This document shows, in pieces, positions 62,701-64,000 of a DNA stretch of 64,000 nucleotides (position 1 is the stretch's first letter; every line of letters begins with the position of its first letter). Under the pieces are notes generated by a model. The model saw only the letters and a list, made by a program, of their open reading frames with translations. It did not search any database and was not told the origin of the DNA. A program made the translations under genes and the position numbers. The stretch comes from Tubulanus polymorphus (taxonomy: Eukaryota; Animalia; Nemertea): positions 18,262,150-18,326,149 of the forward strand of contig NC_134026.1 of NCBI RefSeq assembly GCF_964204645.1. Direction: 5' to 3'.

Positions 62701-63785
62701 AAGAAGCAAAGGTAATTAATTGAAAATGACATATTTCATGCCGCTTGTATTGTCACGTTCATGTTATGATGGTATGGTGTATATTTTTTTTAGAGATCAT
62801 TGATCGGACTTGCCAGAGATTTACGCGGGGTCGCATTTGCTTTCAACACTAAGACGAGTTACATGATGCTGTTCGACTGGATGTATCCTTTTCACTCTTA
62901 TTTGCAATGTTGTAGAGACTGCTTTTGAAATATGATGGCTGCCTACATAACTGGTAATCTTGCTATGATTTGTCACATAGTAAGTAAGTCGATGATTTAT
63001 TTAAGATCTTCGATTTCCTCGATTCTGGACTCTGTATATGGTCAAAAATTTTCCGTGAAATATTTACTGTACCAATGCTGCCAGCATAAGGCAAATTTTA
63101 CTGCATATTCAGTATAGGAATTTGATGGATGAAGCCTTGATAGTAGCTTATTTGATATACTTGTATTATTTAGATATTCAATCAACCAAAATCTGAATGA
63201 ACCTTTTCAGTGTCAGGTTGAATGCGAGAATTCACTGCATCTTCATATACACGTATTTGTATCACTTTTGGTAAAGAAAAGCAATATCGTGAAGGTATGC
63301 TGATATGCACAATGGCTTTATGGATGACGCATTCATTACTTGGGGGGATTGAGCTCAGATAATATTGGCTGGCTGAATTGCATAATAGTACACTTTGCTT
63401 TTGAGATGGGCTCTTCCTTGAACCTTATTGCGGTATGGAAAAATAGTCCTGCCCTTATCACGCTCATGAATGCATAGTTTTGCGGTACGTTATTGTCCGT
63501 ATGCGGTAGATTGGGAACTGAACTGTGAGGTAATAGTGTACATGTTATTGTCTCGGTGCTATCAAATGGCTATTAATCTTTTAACCAATCCCAGATATCC
63601 TACATATACTCCTATACTGCTACGAGCCATCGAATTGTGGTACTGTGATCCGTCAGTTACCACGCCCGTATTAAAACTGATGGCTGAAGTAGCTCAAAAT
63701 CGTTCGACGCGATTGCAGTTCGACGTAGCTTCACCTAATGGGATTCTACTCTTCCGCGAGATCAGTCAAATGATTACTGCTTATG
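44794..63785 (+). CDS. XPO7: Exportin-7 / Ran-binding protein 16, first 22 coding exons (3' partial)
   Basis: Exons: 44794-44808, 46073-46219, 46492-46585, 46805-46875, 46996-47103, 47530-47607, 48055-48234, 49812-49938, 50653-50726, 51393-51512, 51921-52067, 52710-52882, 53214-53271, 53559-53691, 54105-54210, 54854-54989, 60513-60586, 61449-61593, 61984-62140, 62641-62711, 62794-62882, 63595-63785. Phases are consistent. The protein ([20 protein letters not shown]...[11 protein letters not shown]...[23 protein letters not shown]...[18 protein letters not shown]...[14 protein letters not shown]...[22 protein letters not shown]) matches recalled XPO7/RANBP17 motifs. Confidence 0.96.
47243..47386. 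mobile_element. Tc1/mariner-like MITE with TA target
   Basis: TA|CAGTAGACTC ... GAAGTCTGCTG|TA with an internal GGTCCC motif. Confidence 0.55.
48675..49419. mobile_element. Kolobok-like MITE in XPO7 intron 7
   Basis: TIRs AGGTCAAGTGCCCTCTAA ... TTAGAGGGCACTTGACCT with degenerate TTAA-like flanks. Confidence 0.7.
57540..59000 (-). mobile_element. Highly degenerate second DIRS-type remnant (gag-like, RNase H and MT pieces) in XPO7 intron 16
   Basis: Minus-strand pieces AVPKLNS (gag-like), FTDALIQG and NNILELKV (RNase H TDAS / HINxLEL), DWWLISILF, and [17 protein letters not shown] (MT-like). Confidence 0.55.
59240..59335 (+). mobile_element. tRNA-derived SINE head (degenerate)
   Basis: A-box-like TGGTCTAGTGTGG and B-box GGTTCAAACCC. 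Confidence 0.4.
62883..63594 (+). other. U12-type (minor spliceosome) GT-AG intron of XPO7
   Basis: Donor GTATCCTTTT, branch-site-like TCTTTTAAC at ~63577-63585 about 10 nt before a CCAG acceptor with no polypyrimidine tract. Splicing restores LFDWI-YPTY. Confidence 0.9.
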
Positions 63786-64000
63786 GTAAGTAAAGGGAGT
63801 ACTGGCACTCCACGAAGATTGCGTCGCTATACAGCTGGATTTACATACATTGTGTTCACATTGTGGAGATTATTTCAATCAAAATTGAACTTAATATATT
63901 TTTCAATCAGATACATGATAGTAGAAAATCAAAAAGATACAAGATTGACTTAGGCCCCCTAACCAATTTTTCATTAACGATTGAAAGTTGGTTTTATTAA

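Overview
AT-rich, intron-rich eukaryotic genomic DNA. It is most likely from an invertebrate animal; a lophotrochozoan affinity is inferred only from the repeat types. Two importin-beta-superfamily genes sit head-to-head. Importin-13 is complete on the minus strand (25 coding exons traced by GT-AG sites and frame, 21311-40665, 953 aa). Exportin-7 is on the plus strand (first 22 coding exons, 44794-63785, running off the window) and includes a U12-type minor intron at 62883-63594. The first ~20 kb is a transposon graveyard: Sola-like, Gypsy and Harbinger fragments, MITEs, Helentron-like repeats, and a degenerate DIRS tyrosine-recombinase retrotransposon. The gag-RT-RNaseH half of that DIRS element is inverted relative to its methyltransferase-recombinase half, with a breakpoint resolvable to about one base. 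A possible cystine-knot (IL-17/Trunk/Noggin-like) terminal exon lies at ~1.8-2.1 kb. Most six-frame ORFs are exon read-throughs or noise. All homology calls come from recalled motifs, not database searches. I see no convincing wholly new biological system; the best leads are the broken DIRS element, the IPO13/XPO7 pair and the cystine-knot exon.
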